A stretch of DNA of 64,000 bases from Eledone cirrhosa (taxonomy: Eukaryota). The stretch is taken from contig OZ024746.1 in NCBI GenBank assembly GCA_964016885.1, positions 60,636,001 through 60,700,000 of the forward strand. The letters run 5' to 3'. A program made the position numbers and the translations under genes. Within the stretch, counting starts at the first letter, position 1; every line of letters begins with the position of its first letter. The notes below the pieces were generated by a model, which did not search any database, was not told where the DNA came from, and worked only from the letters and a program-made list of their open reading frames with translations. This document shows positions 51,401 through 62,949 of the stretch, in pieces.

Positions 51401-52448
51401 TATATGGGAGATTAATTTTACCCAATGCACTAGAGCTCCTACAAACCAATTTATCCAACAGCAGTCAGTAGTCGTTCTCCTAGCAGCTGTCATCATCCAT
51501 TGATCTTCACATTTACTACCTTTAGATGTTGCCATTCAAGAATTCTTTCTTTGTGTGTTTTCCTGACTGTCGTTGCCTTGCAACTCTTCAAAATGAATGC
51601 TAACTCCATGGATTTTACTGGTTTCACAGATCATGCAAAGGCTATAGGCAAGACCTTTCTTCCAGATCAAACCAATGACTCTCAATGCATCTGGCTAGTG
51701 GTAAGGGTGTTGGACTTATGATTGTAATGTCGTGGGTTCAATTCCTGGGCTGGGTTGCGTGTTATGTTCTTGAGCAAAATACTTCCTTTCATGTTGCGCC
51801 AGTATACTCAGCTGAAAATGAATACTAGCAATTGCTGGTTGGTTTAACCTTGTGATGGACTGGCGTCCTGCCCGGGGCAGTAGTCTTGTACTCTCAGTCG
51901 CTTCGTGCCATGAAACCTGGATAAGCACCAGCTCAACACACTGTTTGCAGCGCACGAGGGCAGGCATACATGTATGCAATGCAATTCTCTCTTTCTCAAT
52001 GTTCACCTTTGATTACAGTCTAAAAATCAATATGAAGAAATTTTTCACACTAATTTGTACAAAAATAAACAATCTAAAATAAATTGACAAATATTATATT
52101 TAAATTAGAAAGCTGTATAAGCAAGTTGTATTTTATGGTAACATTTTATTTTCATTTCTTATACAAATGTCGGGTTTGGGCCCAAAACTCTCATAGATTC
52201 TTGGCAATCGATATCGACCAATTTGGGGAGCCTTGCGTTAGACGTTTTTAACCAGCGAAAATTGAAAACAAAGTTGATCGATTAGGCTGCAATTGTCAAT
52301 AATTGCAATTTCAGCCAATGAAATGGTTCGGTTGTTCTGTATGAATTACACCGGATACAATCACTCCGCTTATAGTCACCATGTTTATAGTCACCATGTT
52401 TATAGTCACATACTTGGAGCGTTGAAGTTTTACACAGATTATTCACTG

Positions 52449-53984
52449 ATGGCAGAGAGTAAACAAAAACGAACCCAGCTATCAATGGGACATAAAATTG
52501 AAATTCTCGACTGTATAGAATCCGGGAAAAAACTAGCAGACATCGCAGCCCTATTTACATGTGACAGATCAACTATTTCTAAAATTAAGAAAAACGCCAA
52601 GAAGCTCCGGGCCGAAAATATCAACAACAGGAACTCAAAGAAGTTTCGAAATCGGAAAAGTAACTTTAATGACGTCGAGGAAGCTCTCCTTAAATGGTTT
52701 ACACAAATGCGATCGTTGAATGCTACGGTAAACGGCCCTTTAATGCTGGAAAAAGCAGCTCAGTTCGCGGCATCTCTGGGGATAGAAAACTTTTCTGCTT
52801 CCAGCGGCTGGTTGGTGCGTTTCAAAAAGCGACACAATATTAGATTTTCCAGATCTCAGAACGAACAGCCGGCAGTTGAGGAATTCGTGGAAGCAGTCAA
52901 GTGGTCTGTAGACGAACTCAGGGAAAAAATTAAAAGATATATGCCTAGAGATATTTTTACTGCTGACGAAACATGTCTACTATATAAAGTACTGCAACCG
53001 GGAATAATTACATTTCAAGGTGAAAAAACAGGTGTAAATAATGTATCGAAAGAACAAATTACCGTCGTAGTTTGTGTTAATTCGGATGGCTCAGATAAAG
53101 ATCTTCATATCATCGGAAAACACCCAAAACCTGCGTGTTTCGCTCGAGTGCACAACTTGCCCCTCTCCTATTATAGCAACCAGAAATCTTGGATGACGAA
53201 CGATATTTGGAAGACGATTTTGTGGAAAATGAACCGAAAGTTCCAGTCCCAGAACCGCAAGGTAATCTTGTTTGTTGACAGTGCTGCATCTCATCGGTAT
53301 GTTGACAACAATACCACACCCTTCATCAGAGTTATTTATCTACCAAACAATACACACTCCATCCAGCCATGTCGACAGGGAATTATCAAATCTCTAAAAA
53401 CACATTATCGACGCCAAATTAACAGAAAAATGCTAACTGCATTCGAGAACGGTGTAGCGACCCAGGAATTTACCAGGTCCATCTCCCTACTGGATGCTAT
53501 GTTTATGTTGAAACGGGCCATGTTTTTAGTAACACCTCGGACAATCCGAAACAGTTTTCTGATATCGGGATTTCCCTTGGAGGACACCGAAGCCACCTGC
53601 CCAGAGCAGGACGAGGGAGAAGATGAAGAAGACGGAGATAGCGAAACATTTAATAGGTATGTCACTATCGACGACGAATTACCGGCATGTGGTGAGCTGA
53701 CGGACGTGGATATCTGCCAACAAATAGCAGCTTCGTGTAGTAATCACAATGATGATTGTGATGTAGATAGCAAAGAGATGGTGGAGCAAGAGAGACAGTT
53801 GACCAGAGCAGAAGGTTTAGCGGCTATGTACACATTCAGGACTTATCTAGAACAGAGATTTCAAAATTTTGATGGTTTACCTTTTGTCAGATTAGAAGAA
53901 TTGGTTGAACGTGATGCTTCCAAAGCACGGAATCAAATTTTAATTAAAAACTCTTACAGAAAGGAACGACAAAATATATTTTAA
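52449..53984 (+). CDS. Tigger/pogo transposase-derived protein (TIGD4/TIGD6/CENP-B-like: CENP-B_N HTH, HTH_Tnp_Tc5, DDE_1), 511 aa
   Basis: Uninterrupted ORF from ATG 52449 (MAESKQKRTQLSMGHKIEIL); VEEALLKWF, FSASSGWLVRFKKRHNI, FTADET, FVDSA, IQPCRQGII; acidic linker; third catalytic D replaced by R. Confidence 0.9.
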   Translation: MAESKQKRTQLSMGHKIEILDCIESGKKLADIAALFTCDRSTISKIKKNAKKLRAENINNRNSKKFRNRKSNFNDVEEALLKWFTQMRSLNATVNGPLMLEKAAQFAASLGIENFSASSGWLVRFKKRHNIRFSRSQNEQPAVEEFVEAVKWSVDELREKIKRYMPRDIFTADETCLLYKVLQPGIITFQGEKTGVNNVSKEQITVVVCVNSDGSDKDLHIIGKHPKPACFARVHNLPLSYYSNQKSWMTNDIWKTILWKMNRKFQSQNRKVILFVDSAASHRYVDNNTTPFIRVIYLPNNTHSIQPCRQGIIKSLKTHYRRQINRKMLTAFENGVATQEFTRSISLLDAMFMLKRAMFLVTPRTIRNSFLISGFPLEDTEATCPEQDEGEDEEDGDSETFNRYVTIDDELPACGELTDVDICQQIAASCSNHNDDCDVDSKEMVEQERQLTRAEGLAAMYTFRTYLEQRFQNFDGLPFVRLEELVERDASKARNQILIKNSYRKERQNIF

Positions 53985-54715
53985 TAATGATTTTAACATT
54001 CTCTAAGTTTTGTTTACAAAACCTAAAATAAGACGAGGAAAAGAAAAATCCAACTGGGGAAAAATTTTAAATCAATATTTTTTGGTTTGAATTTAAAATC
54101 GGTAAGTTTATAGAAAAGCCCCCGTTGGGGGTTTGTTACCCCCCCCCCCCTTCTCCAGCGTTTTTTAAAACTAATCTGTCTTCCTATATGCTCGTTTGTT
54201 GTTTGTTTTTTGTTTTCGGAAAAAAGTCGATTGCAAGCATGTCAAAGGTTAGATGAGTTGAAAACACATGAACAAACCTAGGGAAAAAAATTTTCTTAGC
54301 GATGCCTAGCGGGTGCTTTTCTATAAATTTACCGATTTTAAATTCAAACTCCAAAATTGATTAAATTTTTTTCATCAGTTGGATTTTTATTTTTCTTGTT
54401 CTGTTTTAGGTTTTCGTAAAAAAGGAGCCGTTGGTGAGTGAGTCGGATGTCAGAGAGGTCGAAAACTCGAAAAAGCCTAAGAAAAATCTCCCACCGAAGA
54501 AATCTCTGAGGATGGGAAAAACTGAGGGTCCCTCATCTTCCCCATTCTGTTTCGGAAAAAAAGTCGATTGCGAGCACGTCAGAAGTCAAATTATTTGAAA
54601 ACACACGGAAAAAAAAACTAGAAAAAGAAAATGTCCTTAGCGAACCCCAGAGGGTGCTTTTTATAAATCTACCTTAAAATCTTATATAAGTTCAAATTTC
54701 AGCTTGCATAGCTCG

Positions 54716-54945
54716 AGAGGCTAGCAACGAAGTTCTTGTGATTGTTGGCAGCTCGCTTTACCGATGTATTAGGTGATGCTCCTGGTGAGGGTACTTAGTT
54801 ATTTCAGAGCCTTAGACTCGCTATCACTCGCGGCAATACTGCTAGTATATTGGCTTGTCTCAAAATTTATTAGAGGCCAACTCCAGCGTCACTTGGAGCG
54901 TGCAATTGAGTATGTGTCTTCTACTTGAAAAATAAATAAAAATAA
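54716..54945 (+). mobile_element. CRE-clade non-LTR retrotransposon extreme 3' end
   Basis: LFQSLRLAITRGNTASILA matches the CRE-type LxQRLSxAxQRGNAASIL motif; A-rich tail with AATAAA. Confidence 0.65.
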
Positions 54946-55829
54946 ATTGTGTTTATATAATGATTATAAATAATTCTTTCAATGGAATAAACTTTAAAGG
55001 TTTCATACACAAGTAATTATCGTCTGCTGAGACAAAGTAAATTTTTACAATTACACTCATCTCATGTTGGATGTATGAAATTTATGTTTTTTCTATTGTT
55101 TTTGGAGTGTTTTGAACAAATCTGACCTTCAAAACTATCGGAAATTATTCGTTTTTTTTTTTTTAGTTTCATCTGAAAACTAAAAAAACCTTAGAGTGTC
55201 ACTCCCCACTCCAGTTAACTAATGAATTCCGACGGTTTGGGAGATTAGATTTATTCAGAACACATAAAAAGCCATAGAAAAACAAATTTGGCCTCGAAAG
55301 TGAGACGGGTGTAATTGTAAAAAGAATACTAATGGTGTCCCATCCCCTCCTCCGTATTAACTGAAAAACTAATAATTTCCAACAGTTTTGAAGGTCAGAT
55401 TCCTTCAAGTTGAAGATTCCTTCATTAGTGAAGTAGTTGAGCAAACATCTAGAACAAATGGTGGTTTGCACTGAAAAGGGCCATTAGTGTAGAATCCATA
55501 GAATTTAACAAAAGATTACCAGTAGAAAAAATAGAGTAGAGTGAGAGATAGTCAGAAAGTTAGATATGGCATTTAGGAAAAGCATTGTGGCAGACATACT
55601 CATGATGAGATTGGTCTTTGACCAATTCTTTAATGTGAAACATGAAGGCTGCGTTGTCAGAGCTAGGGCATGTGTTCTAAGATATGAAGGGATATAAAAG
55701 CTGGTAAATGGGCCTGAGTAGCAAAGATTCAGCATGGAAACAATGTCGTGATTTAGACTGGCTGATCACAATGAATGCAGGCTACTCAGTTCCGAGTAGT
55801 GGCTCTTTGCTCAGCTGTTCAAGCTGAGC

Positions 55830-55940
55830 AGCGGGTGCCCCTTTCCTTTTACATCAACCAGAAATCTTGGATGATGAATGATATTTGGAAGATGATTTTG
55901 TGGAAAATGAAACAAAAGTTCCAGTCCCAGAACCACAAGG
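55830..55940 (+). pseudogene. Diverged fragment of the same pogo/TIGD DDE region
   Basis: PLSFYINQKSWMMNDIWKMILWKMKQKFQSQNHK versus PLSYYSNQKSWMTNDIWKTILWKMNRKFQSQNRK at about 53158-53262. Confidence 0.85.
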
Positions 55941-55944
55941 ATGG

Positions 55945-57093
55945 AGTTCAGTACTGACCTAGACAGTCTGCTGCAAGTTTCAGCGACAGAGATGCAGTAG
56001 TACAAATGGAAAAGATTTGGCATTGGGGTGTTATCAACTATCTGCAGAAAAAGTTTAGTCCCCAAGGACACTCATTTTAACATGGTTGCTACATTAGGGG
56101 ATGACACTCCAGACTTTCAGCAGTGCAAAAGTGGGCAGCTGAATTTAGGAAAAGTGAGAGAATTGAAGATGACCCAAGGTCCGGATGTCCTGCAACTGCC
56201 ACCACTGAGGAAAACATTGATCGTGTTCACCATATGGTGATAGATGATAAATGATTGACTATAAATCAAATAACCAATGCTATTAGCATATCCCGTTGGA
56301 GAGTTGAGCATATTTTGCACTATGAACTTGGCATGACAAAGGTTTTTGCTCAGTGGGTGCCACGTCTTCTAATACCTAATCAAAAGTGCACCTGCTGATC
56401 ACATCACAGGAAAATCTGACATTGAGGAAGATTCAGCTAGTTTCCTTGAACATTTCCTAACCCAGGATGAGTGTTGGGTTCATCAATTTGAGCCTGAGAC
56501 AAAAAGACAATCCATGCAGTAGAAAAACCCCTTCTCATCTGCTCCAAAGAAGGCCAAAGTCGTTTCATCTGCAGGAAGGTGATGGCCTCAGTTTTTTTTT
56601 TGGTGCAATAGGCATTATGTTTATTGACTATCTTCAAAAGGGCCACATCATCAAGGGAGAGTACTTTGTCAACTTGTTGAGGCAGTTATGAACACTCAGG
56701 AAAACTGACAAAAAGGGTCTTGTTTCATCAGGACAATGCTCCAGTACACAAGTCGTTGGTTTCAATGGCTGCTGTGCATGACTGTGGCTTTGAATTGCTT
56801 GATCACCCCCTTTATTCTCCTGATTTGGCTCCATCTGATTATTATTTGTTCCTCAACATGAAAAAAACACTTGGCTGGGAACCAGTATCACAGTAATGAT
56901 GACATCATATCTGCTGTTGACTTTTTTTAGCAACAGGATGAAAGCTTCTTCACCAATGGGCTCCAAGCACTGCAACACTGATGGAAGAAGTGTGTGGACC
57001 GGAAAGGGGACTATGTTGAAAAATAAACCTCATTTGGTTACATTCCATGAGAGTATCTTGGTCAGCCTTTGAACTTTTCATCTGATCCGCGTA
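55945..57093 (+). mobile_element. Decayed mariner element; transposase about 56006-57026 with frameshifts and stops; 3' TIR retained
   Basis: EDDPRSGCP, WVPRLL, TQDECWVH, HQDNAPVH, PYSPDLAPSDYYLF, WKKCVDRKGDYVEK*; ends gaacttttcatctgatccgcgTA. Confidence 0.92.
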
Positions 57094-57599
57094 ATTGTGT
57101 GTGTGTATTATAGGCTATGACCAACAAGATGAAAAATATGGTGTGTATGCATTATAGGCTATGGTTAACAAGGTTAAACATATAGTGTGTATTATAGAAT
57201 ATGGCTAACAAGATTAAAGATATGGTGTATATATGTGTATTAGAGTCTATGACTAACAAGGTTAAACACAAGGTGTGTATATGTGTGTATTATACTATAT
57301 GACTAACAAGGTTAAACATATGCATATCTGAATCAGTGGTCATCAGCTATTCTCAGCTATCACTGTAATACTGAATCAATGTTTTAATTTTCTACCTCAT
57401 ACTGTCTCTCTCTCTCTCTTTATCTCATACTATCAGCACTTCTCTACCTCCTACTGTCACTGTCTCTCTCTTTATCTCATAGTCTCAGCACTTCTCTACC
57501 CCCTACTGCCATTCTCTCTCTCTTTATCTAATACAATTAGCACTTCTTTACTTCATTCTCTCTCTCTACCTCATATTATTGGCATTTCTCTACCTTTTA

Positions 57600-58745
57600 T
57601 TGTCACTCACTCTCTCTATCACACTATTAGTACTTCTCAACCTCATACTGTCACTCTCTCTCTCTATCACATACTATTAGTACTTCTCAACCTCATACTG
57701 TCACTCTCTCTCTCTATCACATACTATTAGTACTTCTCAACCTCGTACTGTCACTCTCTCTCTCTCTCTATCACATACTATTAGTACTTCTCAACCTCAT
57801 AGTCTCTCTCTCTCTCTATCACACTATTAGTACTTCTCAACCTCATACTGTCACTCTCTCTCTCTCTCTCTATCACACTATTAGTACTTCTCAACCTCAT
57901 ACTGTCACTCCCTCTCTCTCTCTATCACATACTATTAGTACTTCTCAACCTCATACTGTCACTCTCTCTCTATCACATACTATTAGTACTTCTCAACCTC
58001 ATACTGTCACTCTCTCTCTCTCTCTCTCTATCACACTATTAGTACTTCTCAACCTCATACTGTCACTCCCTCTCTCTCTCTATCACATACTATTAGTACT
58101 TCTCAACCTCATACTGTCACTCTCTCTATCACACTATTAGTACTTCTCAACCTCATACTGTCACTCTCTCTCTCTCTATCACACTATTAGTACTTCTCAA
58201 CCTCATACTGTCACTCTCTCTCTCTCTATCACATACTATTAGTACTTCTCAACCTCATACTGTCACTCTCTCTCTCTCTCTCTCTATCACATGCTATTAG
58301 TACTTCTCAACCTCATACTGTCACTCTCTCTCTCTATTAGTACTTCTCAACCTCATACTGTCACTCTCTCTCTCTCTCTCTATCACATACTATTAGTACT
58401 TCTCAACCTCATACTGTCACTCTCTCTCTCTCTCTCTCTATCACATACTATTAGTACTTCTCAACCTCATACTGTCACTCTCTCTCTCTCTCTATCACAT
58501 ACTATTAGTACTTCTCAACCTCATACTGTCACTCTCTCTCTCTCTCTCTCTATTAGTACTTCTCAACCTCATACTGTCACTCTCTCTCTCTCTCTATTAG
58601 TACTTCTCAACCTCATACTGTCACTCTCTCTCTATTAGTACTTCTCAACCTCATACTGTCACTCTCTCTCTCTCTATCACATACTATTAGTACTTCTCAA
58701 CCTCATACTGTCACTCTCTCTCTCTCTCTCTCATACTATTAGCAC
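57600..58745. repeat. ~45-50-bp minisatellite with variable (CT)n
   Basis: Unit tattagtacttctcaacctcatactgtcac(tc)ntatcacatac. Confidence 0.95.
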
Positions 58746-59129
58746 TTCTTACTTCCACCCACTTGGCTTTTCTCTTTTCTTTCTTTTTAACTTAAAATTA
58801 TATTTTTATTATTTGTTACAGTAGAATAGCAGTGGATTGGCAGCAGAGCCATGAGAGCATTGGTAAAATGTTTATGAATATTTGTTCTCGTTCTTTACAT
58901 TCTGAGTTCAAATTCTACAAAGATAAACTTTGATTTTCATCCTTTTGAAGATGATAAAATAAAGTGCCAGTTTTTCTGAGTTTTTCCTATCCCAAAATTG
59001 TTGGGCTGTGCCTGAATTAGAAACCATTACATGTTACTGAACAAGTTTTGCTCTTTGTTTTCTAAGTTCAAATAACGCTAAGATCTACTTGGTTGGTAAA
59101 TTTAATATGTTAGCTGATTTAACACCATC

Positions 59130-60050
59130 ACTTTGGTAATGTTACCAATTATAGATCATGTCAACTATAGACACCACATCTAGTAATGTTACTAGATATA
59201 GACCACGTTGTCAACTATAGACACCACATCTGGTAATATTACCAGATATAGACCATGTTGTCAACTATAGACACCACAGCTGGTAATAATACTAGATATA
59301 GACCATGTCAACTATAGACACCACATCTGGTAATGTTACCAGATATAGACCATGTTGTCAACTATAGACACATCTGGTAATGTTACCTGATATAGACCAT
59401 GTCAACTATAGACACCACTACATCTAGTAATGTTACCAGATATAAACCATGTCAACTATAGACACCACCACATCTGGTAATGTTACCAGATATAGACCAT
59501 GTTGTCAACTATAGACACCACTACATCTAGTAATGTTACCAGATATAAACCATGTCAACTATAGACACCACATCTAGTAATGTTACTAGATATAGACCAT
59601 GTCAACTATAGACACCACATCTAGTAATGTTACTAGATATAGACCATGTCAACTATAGACACCACCACATCTGGTAATGTTACCAGATATAGACCATGTC
59701 AACTATAGACAATACTACATCTGGTAATGTTACCAGATATAGACCATGTCAACTATAGACACCACTACATCTGGTAATGTTACCAGATATAGACCATGTC
59801 AACTATAGACACCACATCTAGTAATGTTACTAGATATAGACCATGTTGTCAACTATAGACACCACTACATCTAGTAATGTTACCAGATATAAACCATGTC
59901 AACTATAGACACCACCACATCTGGTAATGTTACCAGATATAGACCATGTCAACTATAGACACCACTACATCTGGTAATGTTACCAGATATAGACCATGTC
60001 AACTATAGAACCACTACAGCTGGTAATGTTACCAGTTATGGACCATGTGT
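59130..60050. repeat. 39-45-bp minisatellite
   Basis: Unit tggtaatgttaccagatatagaccatgtcaactatagacaccacatc with 3-bp indel variants. Confidence 0.95.
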
Positions 60051-60489
60051 CTTATTCAAGGGAAATATCAATACCTTGAAACTGGAGTCAATAACTCAGT
60101 CACTCTTGACTTTGGCCAACTCAGGCACTCTTGGCCGTGGTCAATTCAGTCACTAATGGCTGTGGTCAACAGTCATTCTTGGTTGTAGGTCAGTGAGAAT
60201 GTGTATCTTTTACTCTCTCACTATGATGTGTATCTTTATCTCTCATTCTCTTTTTCATGCTTACATGGCTTCCAACACATGCCATCAGTTTAGTCTATTC
60301 AATATTTTATACTAGTTATCTACACACAAACCTCTTATTCATAATATCTGCTTTATTTAACTTATGATTAGTCTTTAGTTATTCTTATGCGATTTTCACA
60401 AAGAATACTCAAGAAATGAAATAAATTATAAAATATAGCATTTATTTAATATTTACAAAAGGGAAGCATGACAGCTTCCTAAATCATTG

Positions 60490-60531
60490 TCAGGATTCTG
60501 TGAATTGTTTCTCAAAGTCTGCTTCAGAAAT
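60490..60531 (-). CDS. DDX55: DDX55/Spb4 last coding exon
   Basis: ttttaacag|ISEADFEKQFTES*; continues the DDX55 KKGK-IxExxFEK motif; AATAAA on the minus strand at about 60441-60446. Confidence 0.82.
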   Translation of the reverse strand: MSEADFEKQFTES

Positions 60532-61618
60532 CTGTTAAAAAGACAAAATTAATAAAGAGAATGTGAGTGATTAAAGTATTGATGATTAACTGATATTGAC
60601 AGTATTTATAGATTTGAAGTATGGAACAAAGTTTAAAGCAAATATCTTTATATAGTTTTTTTTTTTTAAACTTTCTCCTATCAGATTGTTTGTTTTACAA
60701 TTTTTGAGGTTTTAGAGACATTACTGAAAATATTGTTATCCATGTAGCATATCTCATACAAATGAAGCTAGTAGAAACTATTTATTTTAAAGTAAAACTC
60801 TACACTGCAAACAATGAAATGTTCATCAATTTGACAGTGCTCTAGTTTGAACTGTAACCACTCAGTTATATGGTAATTTAGCCCTAGCTTAGCTATGACC
60901 AAGCTATTGACTATATAGTCTATTTTTATATATCTAGGATCACATAGTCCAATGCATTGTTTCATATAACAATAAGGTTCAATTCAAGGGAAATTTGGCT
61001 GCTATTTCAAGAAGGTCAACTGACTGAATAGCGGTAGCTTCATTATGCAGTTGATATAAATTTAGTATCTATATAAACAGGGAGACACAAAGCAGGCTTT
61101 GTTTACAAACAGCTATCGAATTTAAAAATTAGGTAGTAACATGTGCTTATTTCACTAAATAGAATTAATCTGTTAGTTGGGATTTTTAAACAAACCCTCT
61201 GAATGGAAAAAAGGATGAGTATTGATGTACATGGGACACGAACCAACATCTTTGGTTTGCTGAACCAATATTTTACCATTACACCAACACGCCACCCATG
61301 CTTCCTTCCATTCAATTAGAAGCTATATAACCATAGCAGGTATATATATATGTGTATATAAATAGGGAGACACAAAGCAGGGAAGTAAGCATTCGTAATA
61401 TAACTAACTTCCTCATCATTAAGCTGGGGTTTGGAACATAACTTAACAAAGGTTTTTACATAAACTTATGATGTAAAGTTTTTAGATAAATATAAATGCT
61501 TTAAAACAAAAAGTTTTGTATTGGAGAACCAGAGGCAGTTTCAGGTAGTTTGGCATTGAAAGGGTTAATTAACTGACATAAATTAATATAAATTTGAATA
61601 TGTTTTATGATTCCTTAC

Positions 61619-61813
61619 TTTGCCTTTCTTTTGTTTCTTTAGTAAGCGGTAATCATCTTGTAGATTCTTTATCTCTTCTAGTTTTGACATTTCTGCTTCC
61701 TCAATTTTTCTCTTTTGTACATCCCCTTTCTTTTTGTTTTTCTTTAGATTTCTTGTCTCCTGGCGTTTTTTCTTTACCTCTTTCTTCTCCTTCTTTTTAG
61801 ACCATGCTACTGT
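61619..61813 (-). CDS. DDX55: DEAD-box RNA helicase DDX55/Spb4, penultimate coding exon
   Basis: TVAWSKKKEKKEVKKKRQ...EIKNLQDDYRLLKKQKKGK; matches the DDX55/Spb4 C-terminal pattern AWSK...DxRLLKKxKKGK; TAG acceptor, GTAAG donor, 195 nt phase 0. Confidence 0.85.
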
Positions 61814-61916
61814 CTATTGGGAATTGAAAAACAGATTACAAATGAATTGAGAGACAAGAAAAACAATGTATTTTTTTTTTTTTTTTTACATTAGCAGCTC
61901 GATAAAAATTTAAATG

Positions 61917-62260
61917 GAGGCACATGGCTTAGTGGTTAGAGCATTAGCCTTGCAATCGAAAGGTTGTGAGTTCAATTCTCAGACCAGGTGATGTGTTGTT
62001 TCCTTGAGCAAGACACTTTATTTCACATTGCTCCAGTTTACTCAGCTGTAGAAATGAGATGATAGGGACTGGGGTCCCTATCATTCCACTGCAAAGTGGT
62101 CGTGGAGGTGCCATGCAAAAAAAGCACCCAGCACTCACTGTAAATGAGGTTGGTGTTAGGAAGGACATCCAGCTGTAGAAATCAAGCCAGAATTAGTTCC
62201 CGTCTCACCCTTGCAAGCAGGGAAAAAGCGGACGTAAAATGAAATGATGATGAAATGATG
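61917..62260 (+). mobile_element. tRNA-derived SINE (CORE-like centre, RTE-derived tail)
   Basis: A box tggcttagtgg, B box gagttcaattct, ccttgagcaagacacttta, RTE-like tail with (gat)n; relatives at about 7610-7860, 19140-19300, 25300-25490 (minus) and 51690-51960. Confidence 0.8.
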
Positions 62261-62949
62261 AGTGGAGTCAATTAATTTGACCCACCAATCTATTACTGGA
62301 ACTTATTTTATTAATTACAGAAGGATGGCATGCCAAGTCGACTCTAGTGTCAATTGAAATCACAATATAAAGCAACATATCAAAATACCACCAGGCATTT
62401 AATCAATTGCTCTGCTATTCACCAGCTTTAATATTTAGTTAAGGGCCGAAACACTTGCTTGAGGAGGAGTTTCTTACCACTAATAATGGTTTGATTTAAG
62501 CATAAGGTCGACAATTTTTGGGGAGGGGAAAGTCGATTAAATTGAGCCCACTGCATTACTGGTACTTTATTGTATCAACCCCGTAAGGACGAAAGGCAAA
62601 GCTAACCTCAGCAGGATTTGAACTTAGATCATAAAGACCCTATGCCATGAAGCATATTGTCCGACGCTCTACCAATACTGCCACCACTAATAATGATAAC
62701 AATTAACACAATTTTATGTCTACTTTCCATGTTTGCATGAGTTGGACAAGTCGTTACAATGCAAGTTAGTTCTGATTCAAATTCAAAGTTACTGCCTTTC
62801 TAGACAAGTCATATAAACATATCCCCTTCCTAATAATAACCACTTTAATAAAACATTGCCTAAAATAGGGACCCCACGAGTAAGATGCCTAACATACAGC
62901 TTTACAAGGCTAACTCCTGCTTTAGCATGGAAAATAAACATAAAACACA

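Noticed and set aside
52293-52448. N-terminal extension of the 563-aa ORF-track call
   Set aside because: Starts at a non-ATG codon and runs through the TIR-like repeats; family-like sequence starts at MAESKQKR (52449), although upstream in-frame ATGs at 52323 and 52341 cannot be fully excluded
59130-60050. Regularly spaced repeats resembling a CRISPR array (also 57600-58745 and 28915-33345)
   Set aside because: Contiguous tandem units with no unique spacers, no cas genes, and a spliceosomal eukaryotic context
61917-61990. tRNA-like sequence with A and B boxes (also about 7610 and 51690)
   Set aside because: Heads of SINEs continuing into shared body and tail sequence; no complete cloverleaf
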